This document shows positions 27,513 to 36,591 of a stretch of 49,046 nt of DNA, piece after piece. The notes below the pieces were generated by a model that saw only the letters and a list, made by a program, of their open reading frames with translations, searched no databases and was not told the origin of the DNA. The position numbers were made by a program, and so were the translations under genes. Origin of the DNA: a virus (taxonomy: Duplodnaviria > Caudoviricetes); IMG/VR virus record IMGVR_UViG_3300037467_000746, positions 1 through 49,046 of that record; one strand, written 5' to 3'. The first letter of the stretch is position 1. Each line of letters begins with the position of its first letter.

Positions 27513-27952
27513 CCCGCGTCTACCGGACCGTGAAGCGCCGGTTCACGAAGATCCTCGACCGGGTCAGCGAGCATGCGATCCCGCAGTTGTCGGCGTCCTC
27601 GATCGCCCTGTTCGCCCTGTTCCATGCGTTCAGCCTCGCCCTATTCACCGACCGCTACACGCCGCTGCCGGCGTTCAGTACGGTCTTTTGGGTAGCGCAC
27701 CCGGCTGTGTGGGCTGTCCTGTACGGGGCGACCGCGCTGATCCTACTCTACGGGTCGATCCGTGACCGCGACTTCACCCGCGGCGCCGTCCTCGGGGTCT
27801 GCGCGGTTCACACGGCGATCGGGTTCATGACGATCATCCCGATCGTCGGCCCGCTCGAAGCCCCTCCGACCGCGTTCAGCAGCTACGCCGCGCAAGCCGT
27901 CTGGTGCTACCTGACATACCTGACCTGGCGGGCGCGGGTAGCGAAGCGATGA
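27509..27952 (+). CDS. multi-pass membrane protein
   Basis: About four hydrophobic segments. Confidence 0.75.
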   Translation: MTRVYRTVKRRFTKILDRVSEHAIPQLSASSIALFALFHAFSLALFTDRYTPLPAFSTVFWVAHPAVWAVLYGATALILLYGSIRDRDFTRGAVLGVCAVHTAIGFMTIIPIVGPLEAPPTAFSSYAAQAVWCYLTYLTWRARVAKR

Positions 27953-28419
27953 AGCCGCTGCAGCTGACGTCATCGACGCACGCCTTCGCCTACGGCGTGT
28001 ACTCCAAGGCTGCAGGGTTCGGGGTTCTGATCCTGGCCGGCGCCGTGACCGTGAAAGCCATGTCGGCGATACTGTTCCTGCCCGTCATCGGCGTCGCGTT
28101 CCTCGCCGCGGGCGTGGTCGGGCTGTACTCGATCAGGGTCGCGTCGACGTCACCGAACCCCGACAGCGGCCTGCGCCTCGAACGGGTCGCCTGCTGGGTG
28201 CTGATGATCGTGAACTTCACCCTGTCACTGTCCCTGTTCATCGCCTACGGCCTGTCAGCCGCCCTGTTCGGGCAGGTCTACGTCCTCGGCGTCGCCTTCA
28301 GCTGCCTCGGCCGTATCCGGCAGATCAAACGCGACCGGGCACGCCTACGCGCCGCGCTCCACCAGGGCCGACCGGCCGATGACGCGACACTCGCGGAACC
28401 GCCACAAGACGACAAGTAA
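27949..28419 (+). CDS. multi-pass membrane protein
   Basis: About four hydrophobic segments; ATGA overlap. Confidence 0.75.
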   Translation: MKPLQLTSSTHAFAYGVYSKAAGFGVLILAGAVTVKAMSAILFLPVIGVAFLAAGVVGLYSIRVASTSPNPDSGLRLERVACWVLMIVNFTLSLSLFIAYGLSAALFGQVYVLGVAFSCLGRIRQIKRDRARLRAALHQGRPADDATLAEPPQDDK

Positions 28420-28435
28420 AGGGGGACCGGGGGAA

Positions 28436-28741
28436 ATGGATTGGTCCGCCATAGCTTTGTCAGTGGTAGCCGCTATAGGCACCCTGACGCCGTTGACGCT
28501 CGGGGTTCTCGCGCACTTCAAGGATAAGAAGAAGGACGCCGCCGCGCCGGCGCTGCCCGCGGCGACGATGGGCGAAACCGTCGACTTCGAATCGGTCGCT
28601 GTGCAGTCGTTGAACGCGCAGATCACCATGCTGACCGAGCAAGTCAAAGACCGCGACGCCCGCAACGCTGAACTGAAAGCCCAGCGCGACGCGAACGCGC
28701 AGGCCCTCCGCGACAACGGCATCCCGATCCCGTTCGTTTGA
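28436..28741 (+). CDS. single-TM protein with C-terminal coiled coil
   Basis: MDWSAIALSVVAAIG...LNAQITMLTEQVKDRDARNAEL. Confidence 0.7.
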   Translation: MDWSAIALSVVAAIGTLTPLTLGVLAHFKDKKKDAAAPALPAATMGETVDFESVAVQSLNAQITMLTEQVKDRDARNAELKAQRDANAQALRDNGIPIPFV

Positions 28742-28746
28742 AGCCT

Positions 28747-28785
28747 TCCCACCCAACCATGCCCCCGGCCGTCACGCTGGGGGCA
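28747..28785 (+). promoter_or_regulatory. late-type promoter, leaderless (nuclease-lysin-holin operon)
   Basis: TCCCAC-N20-CACGCT-N6-ATG. Confidence 0.8.
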
Positions 28786-29156
28786 TGCGACCGGTTGTGA
28801 GCTTCGTTTATAACGCCGTCGTCCTCGAATGGCACGACGGGGACACGGTGAAGCTTGACGTCGACCAGGGCCTCGAAGGTCACCGGCAGTCATGGTTCAG
28901 GCTCTACGGGATCGACTGCAAAGAACTCGCCACGGCTGAGGGTAAGCGGGCGCACGCCTACGTCACCGACGCATGGCCGGCCGGCAGCGCGGTCGTCGTC
29001 AGGTCATACAAGGCCGAGACGGTCCCGATCGGCAAGGAAAAGTACGGGCGCTGGCTCGCCGAGATCTGGCCCGCAGACGCCGACACCACGATCAGCGACA
29101 CCCTCACCGACGCATCCCTCGCCCGGCCCTACTTCGGCGGAAAGAAGACAGCATGA
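28785..29156 (+). CDS. thermonuclease (SNase-like)
   Basis: HDGDTV...RLYGIDCKE...EKYGRWLA. Confidence 0.85.
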   Translation: MRPVVSFVYNAVVLEWHDGDTVKLDVDQGLEGHRQSWFRLYGIDCKELATAEGKRAHAYVTDAWPAGSAVVVRSYKAETVPIGKEKYGRWLAEIWPADADTTISDTLTDASLARPYFGGKKTA

Positions 29157-30142
29157 GACCCGTTGACCCGAAGTTCGTCATCAGTCAGCACTTTGCCAGC
29201 ATGCCGACGGCCGGGGTCGCACCTGACCCTGACCCCGATTCGGGCGTCGGCTACTACGTCTACCTGTACGGGAACTATCAGCCCGACGGTCACGCTGGCT
29301 GCGATATCGCCTGCCCCGTCGGAACCCCGATTCATGCGATAGCCGGGGGGACTGTTATTTGGGCGGGCTGGGACACGGAACTACCGGGCGGGCCTGACGA
29401 CTGGTATGCACGCTGGTTCTTTTATCAGCACTTCGGCGGCAGGCTGACGCTGGTGCAGCGACCCTCGGGCGTCATTGACGTGTACGCGCATCAGTCGAAG
29501 TTCCTGACTACGGTCGGCGCGGTCGTGAAGGAAGGGCAGCTTATTGGGCTGTCCGGCGACAGTAGCGGCGGCGCCGACGGTGCCCTCGCCCCGCACCTGC
29601 ACGTCGAAAAGATCGTGAACACCGGCTACCCGACCGGGGGAGGGCTGATCTACGGCCGCACCGACCCGATCACCGACTTCACCGCGTACAAGCCCCTCAC
29701 CCTCACCACCCAATCCGTTGCCGTTGCGAAGGAAGACGATATGCCTACCATTCACCGCGTGCCCGCGATCGTCCGCCCTGCCGGGGCGACGAAGCTCGGC
29801 GCCAACAAAACCTGGTACCTGAAGGACAAGACCGGCCGGGCAAACCTGAACCTCGCCGGGAAGGGCGCCGGCATCTACGACGGGGCCGTGTTCGTGCAGG
29901 GCACCGGCCTGGCCCCCGGCGAAGTGATCACCGTGAACTTCATCGTCGTCACGAACGGCAAACGCTCGGGCTACTACGCGCAGGACGCCGCCCGCGGCAC
30001 CCGCACCGGGCAGTTCCGCGGCAGCGCTGTCCTGTCCGGCCTGCCCCTGACCAAAGGCCAGCTGCTCGAAGTGTCGGTCACGTCCTCGGCGACCGGCCCC
30101 GACCTGACCACCTACGGCGCCGACCTCAAAGTCTGGCAGTAA
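29153..30142 (+). CDS. endolysin, M23 peptidase plus C-terminal binding domain
   Basis: HAGCD (HxxxD), YAH, PHLH (HxH); upstream of holin. Confidence 0.85.
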   Translation: MRPVDPKFVISQHFASMPTAGVAPDPDPDSGVGYYVYLYGNYQPDGHAGCDIACPVGTPIHAIAGGTVIWAGWDTELPGGPDDWYARWFFYQHFGGRLTLVQRPSGVIDVYAHQSKFLTTVGAVVKEGQLIGLSGDSSGGADGALAPHLHVEKIVNTGYPTGGGLIYGRTDPITDFTAYKPLTLTTQSVAVAKEDDMPTIHRVPAIVRPAGATKLGANKTWYLKDKTGRANLNLAGKGAGIYDGAVFVQGTGLAPGEVITVNFIVVTNGKRSGYYAQDAARGTRTGQFRGSAVLSGLPLTKGQLLEVSVTSSATGPDLTTYGADLKVWQ

Positions 30143-30150
30143 AGGAAACC

Positions 30151-30525
30151 ATGTTCACTCTTGACACCCTGAAACCGTCAATCATCAGGACGCTGGTCCC
30201 CCTCGCCGTGGGCGCGATCGTCGCCGGCCTCGCCTACATCGGCCTGCCTATCGACAAGGCCGGGCAGGACGGACTCGCCGCGTTCCTCGCGCAGGTCATC
30301 GGCTGGCTGGTCTCAGCGCTCTACTACATTGTTGTGCGCTGGCTTGAACAGAACCGGCCGAAGTTCGGCTGGCTGCTTGGCCTGGCGAAGTCCCCTGATT
30401 CTTACAGCAACGACCAGACCATCCCGGGAGAAGTCGTAGCCGATCATGGGATTATCACTGACTACCCCGAGGTAGGCGCCGAAGTCGTTACCGTAGAGAC
30501 TCCCGGCCCTGACCACGCCGCCTAG
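30151..30525 (+). CDS. holin
   Basis: IIRTLVPLAVGAIVA..YY..VRWLE...P.FGWLLG; two TM segments; follows the lysin. Confidence 0.75.
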   Translation: MFTLDTLKPSIIRTLVPLAVGAIVAGLAYIGLPIDKAGQDGLAAFLAQVIGWLVSALYYIVVRWLEQNRPKFGWLLGLAKSPDSYSNDQTIPGEVVADHGIITDYPEVGAEVVTVETPGPDHAA

Positions 30526-30536
30526 CACCGGTCACG

Positions 30537-30574
30537 GAAGCCGCCCCTGCACGTCTTTGTGTGGGGGCGGCTTC
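30537..30574. terminator. bidirectional hairpin between holin and convergent tRNA
   Basis: GAAGCCGCCCC...GGGGCGGCTTC. Confidence 0.7.
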
Positions 30575-30575
30575 G

Positions 30576-30648
30576 TGCCCCGGGCGGGATTCGAACCCGC
30601 GACCGTAGGTTTAGAAGGCCTGCGCTCTGTCCGCTGAGCTACCGGGGC
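30576..30648 (-). tRNA. tRNA-Arg (anticodon UCU), no encoded CCA
   Basis: Cloverleaf GCCCCGG TA GCTC..GAGC G CAGGC CT-TCT-AA ACCTA CGGTC GCGGG TTCGAAT CCCGC CCGGGGC A. Confidence 0.88.
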
Positions 30649-30666
30649 GTGCGCCAGTCTATGCCT

Positions 30667-30705
30667 TCCCACACGGCGGGGGGTGGTCCGGTGACTATCA
30701 AGGCA
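30667..30705 (+). promoter_or_regulatory. late-type promoter, leaderless (baseplate operon)
   Basis: TCCCAC-N20-GACTAT-N6-ATG. Confidence 0.8.
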
Positions 30706-31022
30706 TGGCGTCTTTGAGTTTTCCGTTCCGGCTTACCCCGACGGGGTCTGTCGCGACCGTGGACGAGGGCAGCGACGCTTTGGTCGAGGAAGCGATCGCA
30801 GTGTTGTGCCTGACCCCGATCGGGGAACGCCCCATGCGCCCAACCTACGGCGTGCCCGACCCGGCGTTTGCTGGGTTGCATGTCGGTGACGTGCAGGTCG
30901 GGTTGGACGAGCACGGCCCCGAGGGCGTGACCGTCCTTAGTGTGACCTCTGAGCCGGTCAATAACAGCCAAGAAATAGCGGACATTCAGTGGACCCGCAC
31001 GAACGAAGGTGACGAGTTCTAA
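30705..31022 (+). CDS. baseplate wedge protein (gp25/W-like)
   Basis: LSFPFRL...T.IGERPMRPTYG. Confidence 0.85.
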   Translation: MASLSFPFRLTPTGSVATVDEGSDALVEEAIAVLCLTPIGERPMRPTYGVPDPAFAGLHVGDVQVGLDEHGPEGVTVLSVTSEPVNNSQEIADIQWTRTNEGDEF

Positions 31023-32153
31023 ATGGCCGATGAAGTGTTTGACGTTCCCGAGCTAGAGACGCTGAACCTGCTCAATGCGGGGACGGAAGTCGACTGGGCG
31101 GACGCCGCCATTAGCTACATTCAAAGCGTCATGCCTGAGTGGACGCCGCGGGGCGGGTCGACTGAGGTTGTGTTGATCGAAGCTTTGGCGGTCATGCTCG
31201 GCCCCGAGATCCTTTCCCTGCAGCTGCTTGGCCCGCGGGTCGTTGAACAGCTTGTCGGCCTGATGGGCACAACCAGGAGTCAGGGTGCTGAGGCGCGGGG
31301 CAGGGTCGAGTTCACCGTCACTAACAGCGCCCCGGTGCAGGTCATCCCCGCCGGCACCCGCCTGCGCCTGAACCTTGACCGGTCCCTGGAAACGGTTGAC
31401 CTGTTCACGACCGAAGACCTGTCGATCATCACGTCGGAGTCTTTGACGGGGCAGGTAAATGTGATCGCCGAGCAGGTCGGCTCACTCCCGAACGGGTCCC
31501 CATCCGGCGCCCCCCTGTCTGTGGTCGATAACCTTCCGTTCATCGAAGCAGCCGCCCTCTCCGCCGCCCTGCTCGGGGGCGCTGATGTTGAGGCGGATAG
31601 CCTGTTCAACGCCCGCGCAGCCGCCGCCCTCGCCCGGCAGAACAGCACACTGGTTCACAGTGAGCAGTTCGCCTACGCCGCCCTGTCGCAGGTCGGTATC
31701 GGCCGGGCACTGACGCTGGATAACTTCAACCCGGCCGCGCCCGGCGTCACCAGCTACGGGCATGTCACTGTGGCCGTCGCCGGTTTGGACGGCCTCGCCG
31801 TTGATAGTGCGGTCATGACCGACATACGCAACACGCTCGCCGAGCAGGCCCTCGCGTCCCTGAACATTCATGTGATCGCCCCGACCTACACCCCGGTCGA
31901 TATCGCGGTCACGGTCAGGGCTGCGGCGGGCTGGTCCGAGGCCGAAGTGCAGGCGTCAGTGCAGGCCGCGCTTGCGAAGTGGGTTGACCCGCTTACCTGG
32001 GGTTGGGACGACTCGGCGACGCAGTTCGAGATCGTCGCCGTCGTGTCCGCCGCCCCCGGCGTGCGGGAAGTGATTAGCGCGCCGACGGATATCAGCCTGT
32101 CCGGCGACGCGCCGTTGCCCACCCCGGGCCTGTTTACGGTCACGGTGGTTTAG
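31023..32153 (+). CDS. baseplate J-like protein
   Basis: PEWT.R.GSTEVVLIEA, IPAGT, GGADVEAD, GHVTV. Confidence 0.88.
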   Translation: MADEVFDVPELETLNLLNAGTEVDWADAAISYIQSVMPEWTPRGGSTEVVLIEALAVMLGPEILSLQLLGPRVVEQLVGLMGTTRSQGAEARGRVEFTVTNSAPVQVIPAGTRLRLNLDRSLETVDLFTTEDLSIITSESLTGQVNVIAEQVGSLPNGSPSGAPLSVVDNLPFIEAAALSAALLGGADVEADSLFNARAAAALARQNSTLVHSEQFAYAALSQVGIGRALTLDNFNPAAPGVTSYGHVTVAVAGLDGLAVDSAVMTDIRNTLAEQALASLNIHVIAPTYTPVDIAVTVRAAAGWSEAEVQASVQAALAKWVDPLTWGWDDSATQFEIVAVVSAAPGVREVISAPTDISLSGDAPLPTPGLFTVTVV

Positions 32154-32155
32154 GC

Positions 32156-33262
32156 GTGGCGGGTATTGACGCGGTCCCGGTGCACGCCTGGACGAAGAAC
32201 TGGTGGGGTACCCTGCCCGCATGCTATAGGGCTGCTGACGCCGCGCAGGAAGCCCCCGGCCTGCTCTACCAGGTGGGGTATAACGCCGAGCCGTTGTTCA
32301 TCAAGGGCCTGGACGGGTGGACCGTGTCGCCGGTCGAGCAGGCAACGGATTATGTGACGCTCAGGTTCCGCAGGGTCTTCAATGGCATCGACACCCGGAC
32401 GCCTGTCGTGTTTCAGGTGTGGTGGACGGCCGACGCTGCCGGCGCGGCCGTGTCGTTGAATTTGCGGGATGGTGTGGGCCGTGACCTCGGCACCCACGAC
32501 TACACGGATCTTGAACTCGGGGACGGCGACGACACCCTCGTCGGGACACTGGCTGGGTCTGAGCCGATCACGGCGACACTCACGTTTACGGCACCGATCG
32601 GTGACGGCGGGCTGCTGTTCAACATCAGGGGCGTCAACGTCGGCAGTCGGGCGGTATCGTTCGCGGCCCTGCCGGGGAATCTCGTTGACCAGCACTACCC
32701 GCTGCTGCGCTTCATGGAAGGTGTCGGGCAGATCGCCGGGCAGGTCCGCGACATATCCGACGGGTTCTGGGGCGGCGAATACCTCGACCCAGCCAATACG
32801 CCTGATTCGTCGTTGCGGTGGGTCGCGCAAATGATGGGCGTCAGCGCCACTATCAGGAACCAGCCCGTCACCGACCTCCGCGCCTATTTGGTGGATCTCG
32901 CCGAGAACGGACGCCCCGCGTCCGGTACGCGCAGGGATATCGCGAACGCGGCTAGGGCGTTCCTGACCGGGGCGAAGCAGACGGTCATGGTCACCCACCC
33001 GACAAGGCAGCACTGCCTCGTCATGTTGGTGCGGGAGGAAGAACTGCCCGGCGCCAGCGTCGACGCCCCCGCTGCGTTGGCCGCCCTTGTGGCCGGTGTC
33101 CGCTCGACTGGTGTTGTCCCTGCCGGGCATGAACTGGTCGCGCAGATCGTCGCCCCGACCTGGGACGACTGGGAAGCCGCTGCAGGCCCGACATGGGCTG
33201 ACCTGGAAGCGAACGCCCGCACCTGGACCGAGTCCGATTCCCTCGGCGTAACCATCGAATAG
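32156..33262 (+). CDS. baseplate/tail protein (P2 gpI-like with inserted domain)
   Basis: LP..YR..D...PLLRF...DP..TP...L.WVAQMMGV; follows J. Confidence 0.72.
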   Translation: MAGIDAVPVHAWTKNWWGTLPACYRAADAAQEAPGLLYQVGYNAEPLFIKGLDGWTVSPVEQATDYVTLRFRRVFNGIDTRTPVVFQVWWTADAAGAAVSLNLRDGVGRDLGTHDYTDLELGDGDDTLVGTLAGSEPITATLTFTAPIGDGGLLFNIRGVNVGSRAVSFAALPGNLVDQHYPLLRFMEGVGQIAGQVRDISDGFWGGEYLDPANTPDSSLRWVAQMMGVSATIRNQPVTDLRAYLVDLAENGRPASGTRRDIANAARAFLTGAKQTVMVTHPTRQHCLVMLVREEELPGASVDAPAALAALVAGVRSTGVVPAGHELVAQIVAPTWDDWEAAAGPTWADLEANARTWTESDSLGVTIE

Positions 33263-33274
33263 GAAGGCCCACGA

Positions 33275-33694
33275 ATGGCAGACAGTACAGGGGTTCAGGT
33301 CTTCGTCGGCCCCGCCAACCAACTCACGCTCGGCGACGTCACGGTCGGCGAGACCGCCGCCGCGACCCTCACCGCAACAGGGCCTAGCAGTCAGCGCCTC
33401 GACCTGACGATCCCCGGCCCGACCCTGGCTTTGCAGGATGCTGTGGACGCCTCGGCCGCGAACGCTGCCTCGTCCGCGTCGGCCGCTACCGCATCGCAGA
33501 CCGCCGCCGAGACCGCCGCTTCGAACGCGGCAGGGTCAAAGACGGCCGCGGAGACCGCCGCTACGAACGCCGCAGCGGCGCAGGCCGCGGCTGAGGCTGC
33601 GATCCCGACTCAGGCGCAGGTCATCGAAGCCGTCGACTACCTGATGCCGACCCGGATCGCGGTCGACACCGACGGCCGCCCCTACTTCTACTAA
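33275..33694 (+). CDS. tail fibre adaptor-like protein with Ala/Ser/Thr coiled coil
   Basis: ASQTAAETAASNAA repeats; C-terminal DTDGRPY. Confidence 0.65.
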   Translation: MADSTGVQVFVGPANQLTLGDVTVGETAAATLTATGPSSQRLDLTIPGPTLALQDAVDASAANAASSASAATASQTAAETAASNAAGSKTAAETAATNAAAAQAAAEAAIPTQAQVIEAVDYLMPTRIAVDTDGRPYFY

Positions 33695-33704
33695 GGCGCA
33701 GAGC

Positions 33705-34433
33705 ATGCCGATCGTGAATTTCGTACGCACCCGCCCCGCCGCTGATGGGGACGTGCCCGCGACAGGGTATTTCCGGTTCCGGCCGTCCCGGCCGCGGGTA
33801 CTCGACGGTGCCCCTGACGAGACGGTCCTGCCGGTCCCGTTCAAGGCGCTGCTTGTCGGCGGGGCGGCCGCGGTGAACCTGGCCCCGACTGATGTGTCGT
33901 GGGCGTGGGAAGTCCTCGAAAGTGTTGACGGCATCCCCGACGTCACCTACTACGTCACCGTCCCCGACGTTGCCGGCCCGCTCGATGACCCCGACCTGCC
34001 CCGCGTCAACCCGAAGACACTGTCACCCCGGGCCGTTCCCGAAGCGGCGTGGTGGCCGGTCGCGAACGCGACCATCACCGGGGCCGCAGTAGTCGGCGAC
34101 GATCTGATCCTGACCCGCCACGACGGTTCAACCGTGAACGCCGGCAGGGTCACCCCGACACAGCAGTCACTGGACACGGCAGCTACGGCGGCTGTTGACG
34201 CCGAACTCGACACGGCAGTCGACGCATCCGTGCAGGCCCGGCTCGGAACCGCGGTAGACGCTGCCGTCGGCGCGCAACTCCCCCCGGCAGTAACAGCAGC
34301 AGTAGGCCCCGCTGTGACGACCGCCGTCGCGTCGGCTGTCGGACCTGCCGCCGCAGCTGCCGTCGCTGCCGCAGCGACACCAGGCGCGCTCACATTTTTG
34401 ACCGACACCGACGGCCGCCCCTACATCGCCTAG
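33705..34433 (+). CDS. minor tail protein
   Basis: Ala/Val-rich repeats; C-terminal DTDGRPY. Confidence 0.65.
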   Translation: MPIVNFVRTRPAADGDVPATGYFRFRPSRPRVLDGAPDETVLPVPFKALLVGGAAAVNLAPTDVSWAWEVLESVDGIPDVTYYVTVPDVAGPLDDPDLPRVNPKTLSPRAVPEAAWWPVANATITGAAVVGDDLILTRHDGSTVNAGRVTPTQQSLDTAATAAVDAELDTAVDASVQARLGTAVDAAVGAQLPPAVTAAVGPAVTTAVASAVGPAAAAAVAAAATPGALTFLTDTDGRPYIA

Positions 34434-34445
34434 AAAGGCAAACTC

Positions 34446-36350
34446 ATGGTTGCACCCGCTAACAAACGAATCCTGCTCGAATCCGACAAAGGCATAGCTA
34501 ACGGCCTCGCTACCCTCGACGGGAACTCGAAAATCCCGGTCGGGCAGATCCCTGACCAGTCCGCGACGTATGTGGCGGCGACGCAGAAGGGTGCCGCGAG
34601 CGGCGTCGCGACCCTTGACGGTACTACAAAGATCCCTGCCGCGCAGATCCCCGACGCAGTCAAACCAGACAACCTCGGGAAGCCAGTCGGTAAGGGTGAA
34701 CTCGTCTTCAACGTCAGGGATTACGGGGCGGTAGGCGACGGCGCAACCGACGACACGACAGCCTGCCGCAACGCACTCTCAGCGGTTACGACCAACGGCG
34801 GCGGCATCCTGTACTTCCCCAAGGGAACCTACAGTCTGAACACGCTGTACGTCACCATCGGTCAAATCAAAATTGTGGGAGCCGGCGTCGGCGCTACCAC
34901 TCTCGTTCGCAGGGCCGGGGCGAACATTGATTGCCGCATCCTGGCGCTCAACTCAACGTCCAAGACCTTCACGCCGGCACCCGGGTCATACTTGACCGGC
35001 ATCACCGTGAGCGGCATGAGCATGGACGGGAACAACCTGAACGTCAACAGTGACGTCGGGTCAGCGACAGTGCAGGGCACCATCTGCGCCGTGAATGTCA
35101 AGGATTCAACCTTCACCGACCTCTACGTGAAGAACCCACGGGAAATCGGCCTGAACCTTTACGGTTGCATCGGCTCAAACATTTCAGGCGTCACCATCGA
35201 CGGGATGAAGGGCAGCAGCATTGTCAACTCCATCAACATCCAGGGCAATAACTATTCAGACGGCAGCGGCGGCACGTACCCGTCGATAGGAATCCGTGTC
35301 AGGGGATGCCGTATCGTCGCGAACTGGGCGATGGTCGGGGACAGCCCTGCCGGCGCTGGCATCGGGATCTGTGTTATCGGCTCCACGGACGTGTCCGTCG
35401 TTGATAACACAGCTGATTTTTCGGGCGAACCCGCGGCCCGCGGCCGGAACGGCTGGGGCATCGTGTTCGAGGGCGGCGGTAATACCGCCATGCTCTTGGG
35501 GCGCCGGTACACGGCAGCGAACAACAAAGCCTATTACTGCGCGGTTGGTGTGGGGGCGGTTGATTCTAGCGCCGTGTCGGCCACTACGGGCCTAATTGAC
35601 GGGCTGGTCCTGTCGGGCAACGAGGTACATGACTGCGTCGAGGGTATCAAGGCGGTAGGCCGGAACATCGCGATCACCGGAAATAAAGTCTCCGCCGACA
35701 CGTGCATCCTCATTGGCGCGAACAAGCCGTCCATTGAAGAAAATATCTCTGTCACAGGCAACACTTTGCTGCCACAGGTCAACCGGGCTATCTACGCCCA
35801 GAAACCCACATCGGCCGGCAGGATTGACGGTCTGGTCATCAGCGGCAACGTCATCGACGGCGCCGCCGTGCCCACCAAAACAGGGCTTGGCGTTTATCTT
35901 CAGGGCAACATCCAAAATTTCGTCGTGTCCGCGAACATGATCAAGAACACCGCCGCGGCCGGGATTTACATGCTGTCCAGTGCCTCCGACGCGCAGCCGA
36001 AAAACGGCAGGGTGATCGGGAATGAACTCACGAACGTGGTCCGTGTTGTCTCGGACTACCCGCAGTATTACGGGATCGCGTCAAGCGGCTGCACCGATGT
36101 GATGGTTGCGCTCAACCACATCGTGGGCGGCGCGAACATGACGAAGGGAACCGGCTCGGTAAACACCGGCAAGTTCACTGTGTTCGGGAACACCGGCCCG
36201 GCAGGTGTGGCAGCAACCGATGAGACCGGATCGCCGGCTATTCGCCTGGGCGGCACGGTGACAGGCGCTAAGGGCGGAAACGCGGCGGTCGCGTCGCTAC
36301 TCACGGCCTTGGTGTCCGCGCAGCTTGTCACGGACACCACGACCGCCTAA
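34446..36350 (+). CDS. tailspike / polysaccharide depolymerase (right-handed beta helix)
   Basis: VFNVRDYGAVGDGATDDT..ILYFPKGTY and many I.GN repeats; N-terminal KG.A.G.ATLDG..KIP..QIPD twice. Confidence 0.85.
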   Translation: MVAPANKRILLESDKGIANGLATLDGNSKIPVGQIPDQSATYVAATQKGAASGVATLDGTTKIPAAQIPDAVKPDNLGKPVGKGELVFNVRDYGAVGDGATDDTTACRNALSAVTTNGGGILYFPKGTYSLNTLYVTIGQIKIVGAGVGATTLVRRAGANIDCRILALNSTSKTFTPAPGSYLTGITVSGMSMDGNNLNVNSDVGSATVQGTICAVNVKDSTFTDLYVKNPREIGLNLYGCIGSNISGVTIDGMKGSSIVNSINIQGNNYSDGSGGTYPSIGIRVRGCRIVANWAMVGDSPAGAGIGICVIGSTDVSVVDNTADFSGEPAARGRNGWGIVFEGGGNTAMLLGRRYTAANNKAYYCAVGVGAVDSSAVSATTGLIDGLVLSGNEVHDCVEGIKAVGRNIAITGNKVSADTCILIGANKPSIEENISVTGNTLLPQVNRAIYAQKPTSAGRIDGLVISGNVIDGAAVPTKTGLGVYLQGNIQNFVVSANMIKNTAAAGIYMLSSASDAQPKNGRVIGNELTNVVRVVSDYPQYYGIASSGCTDVMVALNHIVGGANMTKGTGSVNTGKFTVFGNTGPAGVAATDETGSPAIRLGGTVTGAKGGNAAVASLLTALVSAQLVTDTTTA

Positions 36351-36368
36351 CCCCCCCCCGGCATGGCT

Positions 36369-36402
36369 GAAGGCCCGCACCCCCAATAAGGTGCGGGCCT
36401 TC
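36369..36402 (+). terminator. terminator ending the late block
   Basis: GAAGGCCCGCACC / GGTGCGGGCCTTC then GGTTT. Confidence 0.75.
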
Positions 36403-36467
36403 GGTTTACCCGACAGGGTTCATGTCGCCAGACATGTTCTCAGTGTAGCGCGGCGTGTTGCGCGCCT

Positions 36468-36506
36468 TCCCACCGGGCTGGGTGAATGCGCGGGATTGTG
36501 GCTTGC
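36468..36506 (+). promoter_or_regulatory. late-type motif pointing into the early block
   Basis: GCCTTCCCAC-N20-GATTGT. Confidence 0.55.
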
Positions 36507-36570
36507 GGTTATCGTAATAACCCGCTAAGTTTGTTCTAGCCGCTAAATACACATAGCGGCTCAAACAAAA
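36503..36570 (+). promoter_or_regulatory. SigA-like early promoter with operator and hairpin
   Basis: TTGCGG-17-TAAGTT; then TGTTCTAGCCGCTA...TAGCGGCTCAAACA. Confidence 0.7.
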
Positions 36571-36591
36571 ACCGTCAGGAAGGAAAACCCG

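Noticed and set aside
30576-30648. tRNA as an attP/attL prophage boundary
   Set aside because: No integrase, no partial tRNA duplicate and no host genes; the tRNA sits within virion genes
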